NCBI GenBank assembly: GCA_041663145.1
Contig: JBAZRG010000003.1
Location: 1,000 to 64,999, forward strand
From: Minisyncoccota bacterium
GTDB taxonomy: Bacteria; Patescibacteriota; Minisyncoccia; Phycocordibacterales; PALSA-1337
Length of the DNA stretch: 64,000 bases
Direction: 5' to 3'
Position numbers and translations under genes: made by a program. Under the pieces are notes generated by a model that was given only the letters and a program-made list of their open reading frames with translations, searched no databases and was not told the DNA's origin. Of the stretch, positions 1 to 9,368 are shown piece after piece. How positions within the stretch are numbered: position 1 is the stretch's first letter; every line of letters starts with the position of its first letter.

Positions 1-614
1 ACGTTAATTCCAGAAGCCTTATCATTTCCCACACGACTTTCCTGATATGCAATTGTCTTAACCAAATTTGGATCGAGTAATTCCCGGGGCGGATCTGTAT
101 CTTTTGAAAATTCATCATTCCAATAATCAACAATCTTCTTAATAAGTTCATCATACTGATTATAATTCTCATCACCGTTTACTCCCTTATAAGAATATTT
201 CTTTAATTCTATGGCAGAAATAACGGATCTAATCTCTAACTCAATATCAAAAATCGCTTCTATTTTTCCCCAAAACATCCACCAAGACTTTCTTTCGCGC
301 ACTCTTACTTGAAAAGGAATCTGACATGCTTCCTTTGATGAAACATCGATGTTTATGTTTGCCTTAATTTCTCCGCTATCACTAAATGCCAAATCTTTCT
401 CAATAATTTTAATTTGAATATCTGTCTGAAGTGCCTCCTGCTGTGACTCTACAGTACCCAAAAACTGATTAATTTCTTTGTTTTCTCCAAGCCGGATTCG
501 TCTTTCCAGATTGAAAGATTTTCCCAGAATTTTTATTTCCATTCGTATATCGCGGCCGACAGATCTACCGCTGTATGTAACTCTTTTAAGTATGAGATCT
601 AAGGACTTTAACAT
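1..614 (-). CDS. Hypothetical protein with probable C-terminal lytic transglycosylase (SLT-like) domain; runs off the window edge
   Basis: Manual translation from ATG 614 is open to the edge: MLKSLDLILKRV...YNQYDELIKKIVDYWN...LDPNLVKTIAYQESRVG; DPxLVKxIxxQES resembles the SLT catalytic motif. Confidence 0.55.
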   Translation of the reverse strand, partial: MLKSLDLILKRVTYSGRSVGRDIRMEIKILGKSFNLERRIRLGENKEINQFLGTVESQQEALQTDIQIKIIEKDLAFSDSGEIKANINIDVSSKEACQIPFQVRVRERKSWWMFWGKIEAIFDIELEIRSVISAIELKKYSYKGVNGDENYNQYDELIKKIVDYWNDEFSKDTDPPRELLDPNLVKTIAYQESRVGNDKASGIN

Positions 615-768
615 AACTGAATTATATCATTGAATAATTAAAAAAAATCACAGTGCGCCCTATTGAACGAAGTCAGAACCGCAGTTCTCGGCATTTTTAG
701 CTATCCGCCGTTTGAGATCGTGAGGTTGTGGTAACATTATTCGTTCAGTTTGATGTTAGAATCATATC

Positions 769-1488
769 ATGGACGAAGCAGAAAAAATAAAACAAGCCGC
801 TGAAGAATATGCTCGGGCGAATAGGCAACGCATAGCCAGAGAATTAACTGATTGGCTAATATACATTCCTGATGCAATTCCTACATCGGTATTTATGGCT
901 GGTTCACCTGGTGCCGGAAAGACTGAATACTCGAGGAACTTGATAAAAATCCTCGAATAAAAAATGAATCACAGGATTATCAGGATTGATGGCGACGAGC
1001 TTCGTGAGCATATGCCCGGCTATACTGGTAATAATTCTTTCCTTTTTCAAACCGCAATATCTCTGGTGGTCGAAAGGATTCATGATATGGTTTTAGATAA
1101 TAAGCAGACATTTCTCCTTGATGGCACTCTTTCAAAATATGATAAAGCCATAGCAAATATTAAGCGCTCGTTAGGTAAGGGACGACGAGTACGCGTTTTC
1201 TATGTATATCAAAAACCTGATGTAGCTTGGGCATTTACTAAAGCTCGTGAGAAAGTAGAAGGTCGACATATTCCTAAAGATGCTTTTATACAGCAATTTA
1301 TTGACTCTCGAGAGACAATTGATCGAATAAGGAAAGATTTCGATGACAACATCATCATATCATTGGTGAAAAAGAATTTTGAGACTCATGCCGTAGAAGA
1401 TCTCATTGAAATCAGGCAAGATGGTCCCCAGATTGAACATTATGTCGGGGTAGGATATACTAGGGATGATTTAGAGAAATTACTATGA
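769..1488 (+). pseudogene. Zeta-toxin-family P-loop kinase interrupted by an in-frame TAA (958-960)
   Basis: ORFs 769-960 and 964-1488 share a frame; Walker A GSPGAGKT in the first, IDGDELR and LLDGTLS in the second. Confidence 0.7.
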
Positions 1489-1667
1489 TAAACAAACTCA
1501 AAAACATATTCAGAGGAAAGAAAGTGGAGGGACCTAAAAAATATGAAGGTCTTTCTGACTTTTTCATGCATGCTCCAGCTGACGAACAAAAGAAAGTCTT
1601 TACCGAAGCCGCTCGAAGGGCAAATGAAGATCAAATGAAAGTCTTCAAGCAAGCTCAAGAGGTTTAG
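1485..1667 (+). CDS. Small protein translationally coupled to the zeta-like gene (possible antitoxin/partner)
   Basis: 60 aa ORF with ATGA overlap; helical LSDFF...KKVFTEAARRANEDQ. Confidence 0.55.
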   Translation: MINKLKNIFRGKKVEGPKKYEGLSDFFMHAPADEQKKVFTEAARRANEDQMKVFKQAQEV

Positions 1668-1722
1668 GCTTAACAAAAAGTGATGTATGGAGATGGTCTA
1701 TCTCACTGACCAGTAATTTTTG

Positions 1723-1795
1723 TGCGCCCAGTTGGATTCGAACCAACGACCCACTCCTTAAAAGGGAGTTGCTCTACCACCTGAGCTATGGGCGC
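1723..1795 (-). tRNA. tRNA-Lys(UUU)
   Basis: Acceptor GCGCCCA/TGGGCGC, anticodon loop CT-TTT-AA, T-loop TTCGAAT; CCA not encoded. Confidence 0.95.
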
Positions 1796-1935
1796 AAGCG
1801 AGGACAAAGAACGAATGCTCCTGCGTTCGGTATTGGTCCGAGCGCAGCGCCTATATCGAGCGAAGCGAAGATATGGGCGCAAGCAAACCGTAGCTCACAG
1901 CATACTAATATTTTGATGCTTTAGTCAAATTGGGA

Positions 1936-2217
1936 TTATTTCTTCAAGGGATCCATTTTTTGTTCTTTCATGAACTTTTGCAGTTCCTGCTGATCCCTAT
2001 TGAATTCTTGTTCGATAGTAGCCGCCCGTCTTTTGAGCTCGTCGACATGACTCCGTACGCCATTTGCTTCATTTTCCATTTTTTGGAGTTCTTGTTTTTT
2101 TCTTTCGATCTCACGATCTTTTCTTTCCAATTCAACAGATTTCAATTCTATTTGTTTCCTCTCATCTTGTATTTGTTTTTTTAGAAGTGCCAATGCTTCC
2201 AGTGAATTTGTATGCAT
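1936..2217 (-). CDS. Hypothetical coiled-coil protein
   Basis: E/K/Q-rich heptad-like ORF; ATG 2217 preferred. Confidence 0.6.
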   Translation of the reverse strand: MHTNSLEALALLKKQIQDERKQIELKSVELERKDREIERKKQELQKMENEANGVRSHVDELKRRAATIEQEFNRDQQELQKFMKEQKMDPLKK

Positions 2218-2227
2218 ATTGAATGAA

Positions 2228-2590
2228 TTAGAGCCTATAATCGAAACCAAATAATCCTGCACCTGTAACTAAGATAGATATAGCCATGACCAATAGTAGA
2301 AGGTAATAGTTGATGCCATCAGTGAGAAATGCGCGATTGCGAATCTTACCCACAATGAGCACGATAAGATATATTATTATAAATAAAGCGGCTACCTGAG
2401 ACCAGAGGCCGATCACGAGGAGTAAACCAGCTAACATCTGTGCTGTTGCCAGTGTTTTTCTTGGGATCGTCACGTTTGCTTGTCGAAATGTCTTATAAGC
2501 AAAGAAAAGAAAAGTGATGCCAAGAACAATACGAATCAGAAATGGCGACAATTCGGACCAAGACAAGAGAGATGGAAATACAGAAGTCAT
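2228..2590 (-). CDS. DoxX-family membrane protein
   Basis: FLIRIVLG...GLLLVIGLWSQVAA...GAGLFGFD; four hydrophobic segments. Confidence 0.7.
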   Translation of the reverse strand: MTSVFPSLLSWSELSPFLIRIVLGITFLFFAYKTFRQANVTIPRKTLATAQMLAGLLLVIGLWSQVAALFIIIYLIVLIVGKIRNRAFLTDGINYYLLLLVMAISILVTGAGLFGFDYRL

Positions 2591-2626
2591 GTTGATGTAT
2601 CGGTTATATTTGGTTAATGTACTTAT

Positions 2627-3106
2627 ATGATAACAAAAACGCGTGATATCCGCCTCCTCCTCGATAACGTTCGTAGTGTTTACAATGTCGGTTCGATATT
2701 TCGAACTGCAGAGACTATGAATGTAACCAGGATCTATTGTCTGGGTACCACTCCAGTGCCTATAGATCGTTTTGGGCGAAAAAGAAAGGATTTCGCCAAA
2801 GTTTCACTCGGTGCCGAAGATATGGTGGCTTGGGAGCATATAAGTGAAGTAGATGAGCTCATAAATGAATTAAAAAAAGATGGGTTTCAAATACTTTCAG
2901 TAGAACAGTCAGAGGATGCGGTTGATTATAAGAAAATTAAACCTCAGTCGAAAACTCTAGTTATTTTTGGTAATGAAGTGGACGGGGTTTCTTCTTCACT
3001 GTTAAAGATGTCAGATCTGATCGCGGAGATCCCACTTCAAGGTAAAAAAGAATCACTAAATGTCTCTGTTTCGGTTGGTATAGCTCTATATGGAATTTTT
3101 GGATAG
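2627..3106 (+). CDS. TrmH/SpoU-family RNA methyltransferase
   Basis: LDNVRSVYNVGSIFRTA, FGNEVDG, IPLQGKKESLNVSVS SPOUT motifs. Confidence 0.9.
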   Translation: MITKTRDIRLLLDNVRSVYNVGSIFRTAETMNVTRIYCLGTTPVPIDRFGRKRKDFAKVSLGAEDMVAWEHISEVDELINELKKDGFQILSVEQSEDAVDYKKIKPQSKTLVIFGNEVDGVSSSLLKMSDLIAEIPLQGKKESLNVSVSVGIALYGIFG

Positions 3107-4018
3107 GACTTGATGTAGGGAACAGTAGTGAGTGCTTCTTCCTCCGAGAACAATTCTTTTGATTGTTCCTTTGCATCCTTTCATCTCACAATGTTGTCCA
3201 GTTTTTCTATACGCAAAATGATGTTCTTGGAATTTTCCTTTTTCACCGTCTACGTTGCGATAATCAGACATAGAATCTCCGCCGAGCTTGATGCCCTTGG
3301 ACAAGAGTGATCTTATGGCTACATAAAGCTCTTTTAGTTTATCTTTCGGAATATTTGCGATCTTTTCGGCTGGGTGAATTCGGGCTCGCCAGAGGGTTTC
3401 ATCGGCATAGATATTTCCAATACCAGCAATTATGGACTGATCAATTAGCGATTGTTTGATTTTACTTTGTGGTTTTCGAAAGAGTCGGTCTTTGAATTTA
3501 TCAAAAGTAAATTGTGCTTCCAGTGGTTCTGGACCGATCCCACTCAAATGAATGGAATGATGGGCTGTATCTCTCGGCAGGACTGTCACTTTGGCAAATC
3601 TTCTAACGTCAGATAGGGCGAGATGATAGCCATTTGATAGGGAAATAACCAGCCGAATATGCCTATTATAAGGATCTTTTAATGATTCGGGTTCTATAGG
3701 TACCCACGGATCTTTTTTGATTTTCGCATCGTACTTATAATGCCCAAATAATAAATGTCCAGTCATCTTCATGTGAATGAGTATTGTCTGACCATCCGTT
3801 ACATTTATAAGGATATTTTTTGCCCGTCTTTCGACAGAGATAATCTTTTTTCCAGTTATAGTCTTTTTGAAATATTTGAAATATCGGGGGTCCTTTATTG
3901 TCTCGGATCCTTTGAAGTAGTCACTATTGTAATTTGACCAAACATCTCGAATAGTTAGATTGATTACCTTCGTTTTGAGGCCATTTACAGTTGTTTGGAC
4001 TTCTGGTAGTTCCGGCAT
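3086..4018 (-). CDS. mutM: Formamidopyrimidine-DNA glycosylase
   Basis: N-terminal MPELPEV, HMKMTG, GIGNIYADE, C-terminal zinc-finger-like region. Confidence 0.95.
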   Translation of the reverse strand: MPELPEVQTTVNGLKTKVINLTIRDVWSNYNSDYFKGSETIKDPRYFKYFKKTITGKKIISVERRAKNILINVTDGQTILIHMKMTGHLLFGHYKYDAKIKKDPWVPIEPESLKDPYNRHIRLVISLSNGYHLALSDVRRFAKVTVLPRDTAHHSIHLSGIGPEPLEAQFTFDKFKDRLFRKPQSKIKQSLIDQSIIAGIGNIYADETLWRARIHPAEKIANIPKDKLKELYVAIRSLLSKGIKLGGDSMSDYRNVDGEKGKFQEHHFAYRKTGQHCEMKGCKGTIKRIVLGGRSTHYCSLHQVLSKNSI

Positions 4019-4093
4019 AAGTGCAATCTAACACCAGAAGAGAAATGTGTCACTTACATTACTGCTTTGCGGTGTCTCTGCTATAATATTGCC

Positions 4094-5368
4094 ATGCGTC
4101 ATTATCTCGTAACTCTCTTTGCCGTCATCGTCTTTGTTTTTCCTTGGTTTGCTATGAGTTATCCAGCGCAAACACACTCATTTTTAAATGAGTTAAGGAC
4201 TATTGGAAATCAATTGGCCTCAGTCATCTTGTCTCATAATCCAAAAACTGTTGATGCGATAAGGTCGCGTTATAATGGAGATAAACCATTCAGTTCTAGG
4301 AGCCAAGCAAAAAAAGTTCGTATTCTACTTGTTCCCGGTCACGAGCCAAATTACGGCGGTGCGGAGTTCGGTTCTCTCAAAGAAAGAAATATGACGGTTG
4401 AATTGGCTGCGGATCTGCGGGATTATATATCCAAGAACGATCGTTATGAAATCTTCGTTAGTCGTGATCATGATTCGTGGCAACCTATATTCGCGGATTA
4501 TTTCAAAACTCATGCTGATGCTATAAATGTCTGGCAGAAAGCTCATAAAGAGGAAATTATCAATCTGGCCCGTCTCGGAGAATACAAGCGCACGACTCCG
4601 GCCGTATTTCACAATGAGGCTCCAACTGATGTGGCTTTGCGTCTGTACGGAATAGATAAATGGTCAAATGAAAATGATATCGATATCATCCTTCACATTC
4701 ATTTCAACGATTATCGTCGTCCTTCCTGGACAGCGTCGGGCGTATATTCTGGTTTTTCCATATATGTGCCGGAAAAACAATATTTTAACAGCACAACTAC
4801 CAATGTTTTGGCTCAGACGATCTTCAAGCGCTTGGAAAAATACAATGCTGTATCTGATCTTCCCGGAGAGAAGACTGGAATAATCGAGGATCAAGACCTG
4901 ATAGCTGTTGGATCTTACAATTCTGTAAATGCCGCAAGCATGCTTATAGAATATGGGTATATTTATGAACCGCAGTTTGCTGATGAAACTATTCGAACTC
5001 TGGCTATTAAGGATTTGGCATATCAGACTTATTTGGGTTTGCAGGATTTCTTTGATGATAAAAGGGATGAGGATTTGGAACATTCATACGAAAGCGCTTT
5101 GTTGCCGTATGTTTGGTCAAAGGTTATTGACGAGAAAACAGTATCTCCAGATGTCTTCACATTGCAAACAGCATTACTCATGGATGGAGTCTATCCACCA
5201 AAAGAAAAAAATAAAAATGATTGTCCTCGCACAGGTATGATAGGGATGTGTACCAAGACGGCCTTGGAAGTCTTTCAAAATAAATACAGGATCACTGGTG
5301 AAAAGGGTACTGTTGGACCAAAAACTATAGAGGTCTTGAATAAAGTCTACGGCAGTAGAACTATGTGA
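4094..5368 (+). CDS. N-acetylmuramoyl-L-alanine amidase with C-terminal peptidoglycan-binding domain
   Basis: LLVPGH...E, LHIHFN, LIEYGYI; C-terminal GMCTKTALEVFQNKY...GTVGPKT; N-terminal hydrophobic anchor. Confidence 0.8.
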   Translation: MRHYLVTLFAVIVFVFPWFAMSYPAQTHSFLNELRTIGNQLASVILSHNPKTVDAIRSRYNGDKPFSSRSQAKKVRILLVPGHEPNYGGAEFGSLKERNMTVELAADLRDYISKNDRYEIFVSRDHDSWQPIFADYFKTHADAINVWQKAHKEEIINLARLGEYKRTTPAVFHNEAPTDVALRLYGIDKWSNENDIDIILHIHFNDYRRPSWTASGVYSGFSIYVPEKQYFNSTTTNVLAQTIFKRLEKYNAVSDLPGEKTGIIEDQDLIAVGSYNSVNAASMLIEYGYIYEPQFADETIRTLAIKDLAYQTYLGLQDFFDDKRDEDLEHSYESALLPYVWSKVIDEKTVSPDVFTLQTALLMDGVYPPKEKNKNDCPRTGMIGMCTKTALEVFQNKYRITGEKGTVGPKTIEVLNKVYGSRTM

Positions 5369-5517
5369 GCCTGGTGAACATTGTCCCGAAACGACTCGCA
5401 ATGTGATTTGAACCCCGAACAAATTGCCCATATTTGAGTAGTTCCATCTACTCAAATATGGTTGCAATTTGGAGTGGGTGACCTTGCGAGGAGTTGAGGG
5501 ACAATGTTCACCAGGCT
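5368..5517. repeat. 150-bp long-hairpin (MITE/REPIN-like) element, copy 1
   Basis: Perfect 20-bp terminal inverted repeats 5368-5387/5498-5517 plus nested inner stems. Confidence 0.85.
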
Positions 5518-5529
5518 TCACTATCAGTT

Positions 5530-6822
5530 TTACTTGAGAAGTTCTTCCTCAGCGATCCTGTAGTCACTCCATGGGGTTTTTGTTCCATTTGGTCCCATGA
5601 TGTATGGGTCGGTGCCTTTACCGGTGATAAGTATGGAATCACCAGCATTTGCAATACGAATGGCTTCACGAATCGCCAATCTTCTATCCATGATGATCTG
5701 GGGCTTCTTGTTTTTTATGCCAAGAGCGACATCAGCTACGATCTTGTCTGGATCTTCATCGTAAGGATCTTCATTGGTGAGGAATATTATGGAGCAATAT
5801 TTTTCTGCTAGACGTCCCATTTCGGCACGTTTCCATGTATCACGACCTCCACCTGTGCCTCCTAATATGCAGATATTTTGCCCTTGACTATTACGACCTT
5901 GACCAGTCGCGCCAGAGGATTTATCAAAGACTTTGTAAAACTTTTCTAGTGAATCAGGAGTATGCGCATAGTCGACAACTATCTCGAATCCTTTTGGAGA
6001 TTTTATCTTTTGTACGCGACCGGGGATTTCACTTATCTTTTCGATAGCTCGGATGATGGTTTTATCGTCTACGCCGAATGATCGGGCTGTGGTCACTGCG
6101 GATATTATGTTGTAGAGATTGAATATACCTGATAGTTGCGATGATACAGTCTGTCCATTTAAGGTGAATTTCAAACCTTCTTTTTCTATAGAATATGGCT
6201 CAGCGTTTTGAATACCGTAGGTGATTTTATTATCAGCCTCGCAAGCCAGAAATTTTTGACTCTCTTTATCGTCACTATTGGCGATGATGGTTGTGCCAGA
6301 TTTTCCAGATCTGGAAATGTGCTTGGCTAGTTCAAGCTTTGAATTTAAATAATTTTCATATGAACCGTGAGCCTCTATGTGCTCTGGTGAGATATTGGTA
6401 AATACGAGAGTATTGATCTTTATGAATCTGTGACGATATTGGAGAGCGCCTTGAGAAGTCATTTCCATAATTAGAAACTGACACCCAGAATCTACAGCTT
6501 TTCTGATCAGACGTTGAGCAAAAAATCTGCCCGGCATGCTCATTTTGAACAGATTCGGATGTGAATCGTTACCGACTTTATAGCGAATCGTATTTGATAG
6601 GGCGGTCTTGTATCCGGCTTCCTCCAGAATCGCATTCAATATTTCTGTTGTTGAACTTTTGCCTTTTGTGCCTGTTACCGCTATGACGGTGATGTTCTTT
6701 GAAGGGAATCGATACCAAAGGGCGGCCAGGAAGGCCAATTTCCAATGATAAATAGGACTCAAAACTTCGAATAGTTTTTTTGGCATGAGTCTTCGAATTG
6801 TTCCTAAGATATTATCAATCAT
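5530..6822 (-). CDS. murE: UDP-N-acetylmuramyl-tripeptide synthetase (MurE-type Mur ligase)
   Basis: AVTGTKGKSST, TNISPEH, PGR, VDYAHTPD, ITGKG. Confidence 0.9.
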   Translation of the reverse strand: MIDNILGTIRRLMPKKLFEVLSPIYHWKLAFLAALWYRFPSKNITVIAVTGTKGKSSTTEILNAILEEAGYKTALSNTIRYKVGNDSHPNLFKMSMPGRFFAQRLIRKAVDSGCQFLIMEMTSQGALQYRHRFIKINTLVFTNISPEHIEAHGSYENYLNSKLELAKHISRSGKSGTTIIANSDDKESQKFLACEADNKITYGIQNAEPYSIEKEGLKFTLNGQTVSSQLSGIFNLYNIISAVTTARSFGVDDKTIIRAIEKISEIPGRVQKIKSPKGFEIVVDYAHTPDSLEKFYKVFDKSSGATGQGRNSQGQNICILGGTGGGRDTWKRAEMGRLAEKYCSIIFLTNEDPYDEDPDKIVADVALGIKNKKPQIIMDRRLAIREAIRIANAGDSILITGKGTDPYIMGPNGTKTPWSDYRIAEEELLK

Positions 6823-6826
6823 ATTA

Positions 6827-7405
6827 TTATCCGAGCATCTTTAATGCGGCTTTGATCTTGGCACTAGTATCTGTGATCTCTGGGGAAACCTTCTTCATGG
6901 CTTCACGAGCATCATCGGCATCATATCCGAGCGCCTTTAGGGCTTCAATAGCGTCCATATCGCTCGATAGTCCAGCGGCAAACTCTGCTCCAGCTTCTCC
7001 GTCTATGACACCGAGCTTGTCTTTGAGTTCCAGTACGATCTTTTCGGCGGTCTTTCGACCAATACCGGAGACCTTTACTAGGTGTGCGGTAGAACCGGTC
7101 CTTATGGCATTTATAAGGGTATCGCTCGATACGGCCGATAGTATATTCAAAGCGCCTTTTGGTCCAATACCGGAGATACTGATCAAGAGTTCAAAGAAAT
7201 CTTTTTCTTTTTTGGAAATGAAACCAAAAAGGTCGAGGGCATCTTCACGAACTGCCAAATATGTGGAAAAAGTCTTTTCATCACCCATTTTCATTCCATG
7301 GATACTGTCGGCAGTCAGAAAAACCTTGTATCCAATGCCATTTACTTCCAAAACCACGAAACGGGTATCGATATGTATTACCTTACCGTGAAGTGAAGCT
7401 ATCAT
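6827..7405 (-). CDS. ruvA: Holliday junction branch migration protein RuvA
   Basis: MIASLHG, VREDALDLFGF, SGIGPKGA, GIGRKTAEKI, ALKALGY. Confidence 0.97.
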   Translation of the reverse strand: MIASLHGKVIHIDTRFVVLEVNGIGYKVFLTADSIHGMKMGDEKTFSTYLAVREDALDLFGFISKKEKDFFELLISISGIGPKGALNILSAVSSDTLINAIRTGSTAHLVKVSGIGRKTAEKIVLELKDKLGVIDGEAGAEFAAGLSSDMDAIEALKALGYDADDAREAMKKVSPEITDTSAKIKAALKMLG

Positions 7406-7469
7406 ACGGAAATCATAGCATTTTTTTGCTTTTTTACTTACTATGTGATAGTTTTACCATACAAAAAAT

Positions 7470-7736
7470 ATGGCAATAACCTCATCAGCTAAGAAGGCAC
7501 TCAGAGTCTCAAAAAAGAAGCGCGTCTTCAATTTGCGCCGAAAAAATGAGATCGAGAAGCAACTCAAGGCTTTTCGCAAGTTTATCGAAGCCAAAGACAA
7601 AGATGCGGCTACAAAGATGGTAGCAGTTCTATATAAGGCACTTGACAAGGCCGTTAAGACTGACTACATCAAGGCAAATGCTTCTTCACGTCTGAAATCC
7701 CGCGCAATGAAGGCTTTGAATAAGTTAGTAAAGTAA
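7470..7736 (+). CDS. rpsT: 30S ribosomal protein S20
   Basis: SSAKKALR...LDKAVK...NASSRLKSR. Confidence 0.95.
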   Translation: MAITSSAKKALRVSKKKRVFNLRRKNEIEKQLKAFRKFIEAKDKDAATKMVAVLYKALDKAVKTDYIKANASSRLKSRAMKALNKLVK

Positions 7737-7758
7737 AAAAACTTAAATTACTGAATTG

Positions 7759-7800
7759 AAAAACCGTTCTGTGAATTGCACAGAGCGGTTTTTCTTTTTT
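7759..7800 (+). terminator. Intrinsic terminator after rpsT
   Basis: AAAACCGTTCTGTG-loop-CACAGAGCGGTTTT followed by a T-tract. Confidence 0.75.
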
Positions 7801-7829
7801 ACTGGATGTGATAGTGTAATTCCACAAAC

Positions 7830-7901
7830 GCCCTCGTCGTTCAATGGATAGGACGCAAGATTGCGGATCTTGCAATGTAGGTTCGATTCCTACCGGGGGC
7901 A
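7830..7901 (+). tRNA. tRNA-Arg(GCG)
   Basis: Acceptor GCCCTCG/CGGGGGC, anticodon arm CAAGA-TTGCGGA-TCTTG, T-arm GTAGG-TTCGATT-CCTAC. Confidence 0.93.
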
Positions 7902-7919
7902 CAAATGAGCGAAGCGAAT

Positions 7920-8047
7920 TTTGTGCCCCCGAGCAAGGCGCCTGCGCGCCTTGCGGGTAGGAATCGAAGACCTTGAGCATATCCCGATTTCAATCGGGAT
8001 GCGAAAGGTGTACTGAAACTGTAAGTTTCGATTCCTACCGGGGGCAC
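7920..8047. repeat. Inverted plus direct copies of the tRNA-Arg 3' end
   Basis: Inverted copy 7920-7968 (interrupted by a hairpin) and direct copy TTCGATTCCTACCGGGGGCAC at 8027-8047. Confidence 0.85.
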
Positions 8048-8126
8048 CTTTAGTGAGACAAACCGAGGTGGGTGAGAGTTGGTAAGTTGCTTTAGAAATA
8101 CTTCATTCTAAGTTAATATTAAGCAT

Positions 8127-8804
8127 ATGATCAAATTCAATGAAGTCACTTGGTATTCAAAACTAGCAGCAATTATATTTTTCATTGGAATTTTGCCTGC
8201 CCTGACCTTTTATATAGGGATGCGATATCAACACGTTTTGGAATCAAGTAACCTCCAGGTAAATATTCCACAAATCACTAAGAAGCCTGAACCAGGAATA
8301 GTTCCTAAACTCATTGGTGAGGAAGGATGCTACCAGAATTCTAATTATTTCGTGATTACAAAAGATCTCTCCGATTCAGTCGGATCAAATATTCTAGTAA
8401 AATATAAGAAAGAAAATAGTCAAAAGTTTGATTGTACATATACGGTTGAGAAAGATGATTTTGAACTGAAGAACGCAGTTGCAGAGTACTTAATGACAAT
8501 AGAAGGAAATTTTTTGATTACGGACGCCGGAACAGGACCAGGTCCAAGAGGAATTCAAATCTATGATTTAAATTTCAAGAAGGAAGTATTCAAAAGTGTC
8601 TACTCAAGCCCGATTGAAATTAAGGATGGATTGATAACATATTGGAAGCCTACAAATGAAGCCGTTACGAAAAACAACTGTCCAAAGCTAGATGAGTATA
8701 CCGCCTCTGGTCTTGGTGTGGGGATAGAATCTCATGTTGCTCTTACTCTTTCCACTTTAAGCCAGAGAGACTTGAGTGAGAAGCGCTGTTCTCCAAGACA
8801 GTAA
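8127..8804 (+). CDS. Hypothetical membrane-anchored exported protein
   Basis: N-terminal VTWYSKLAAIIFFI TM helix; soluble domain with four Cys. Confidence 0.75.
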   Translation: MIKFNEVTWYSKLAAIIFFIGILPALTFYIGMRYQHVLESSNLQVNIPQITKKPEPGIVPKLIGEEGCYQNSNYFVITKDLSDSVGSNILVKYKKENSQKFDCTYTVEKDDFELKNAVAEYLMTIEGNFLITDAGTGPGPRGIQIYDLNFKKEVFKSVYSSPIEIKDGLITYWKPTNEAVTKNNCPKLDEYTASGLGVGIESHVALTLSTLSQRDLSEKRCSPRQ

Positions 8805-9368
8805 TTGATCCCGACCGAGGTGCCTCGATCTGATATACTGAAACTACCCAAAGAACCCTTGTGGGGTCTCACCTTAGATAATCCGAGACCGAGCAAGGGC
8901 ACTACTTCGCAACCCAGTAACGCACGGGGTTGCTTCGTAGTGCGAGGCACAATTACTTTTTTATATTAGTCGTGTCAAAACCGATACATTCTTTTTTTGG
9001 TTCTGATGGTGGCGTCATCAATGCGTCTAGTATCTTATATGTTTTGTTTAATGGTAAATATCTACGACCACTATGCTTTTCTAGACTTGAGGTCGCAATT
9101 TGCGACCTCAAGTTATAATGTTTGAGAGATTCTAATTATTCAATTTGCGATAGTAAGCACCACTAGACAAAATGATAATTTTATTGACTTGTGTATAGAA
9201 AAATAGTACCATTAATAACAGTTAAAAAATATATAAGCATGCAAAGCTCAAACGAGTCTAGCGACAATTCCGTCACAGATTCAACGAGTTCAATTCATTC
9301 ATTCATTGACAGTCAAACATTCAATCAAGGAAAATAACAATGAAAGATATAAATAAAGAGGTGGGGCA

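Noticed and set aside
653-690. GTGCGCCCTA resembling the tRNA-Val/Lys 3' end (att remnant)
   Set aside because: Only 8-10 bp match; could be chance.
958-960. Stop-codon reassignment explaining the split zeta gene
   Set aside because: TAA, TAG and TGA all terminate conserved genes in this window, consistent with code 11.
5368-5517. Hairpin elements as integron attC sites
   Set aside because: No RYYYAAC/GTTRRRY ends, no cassette array, no integron integrase.
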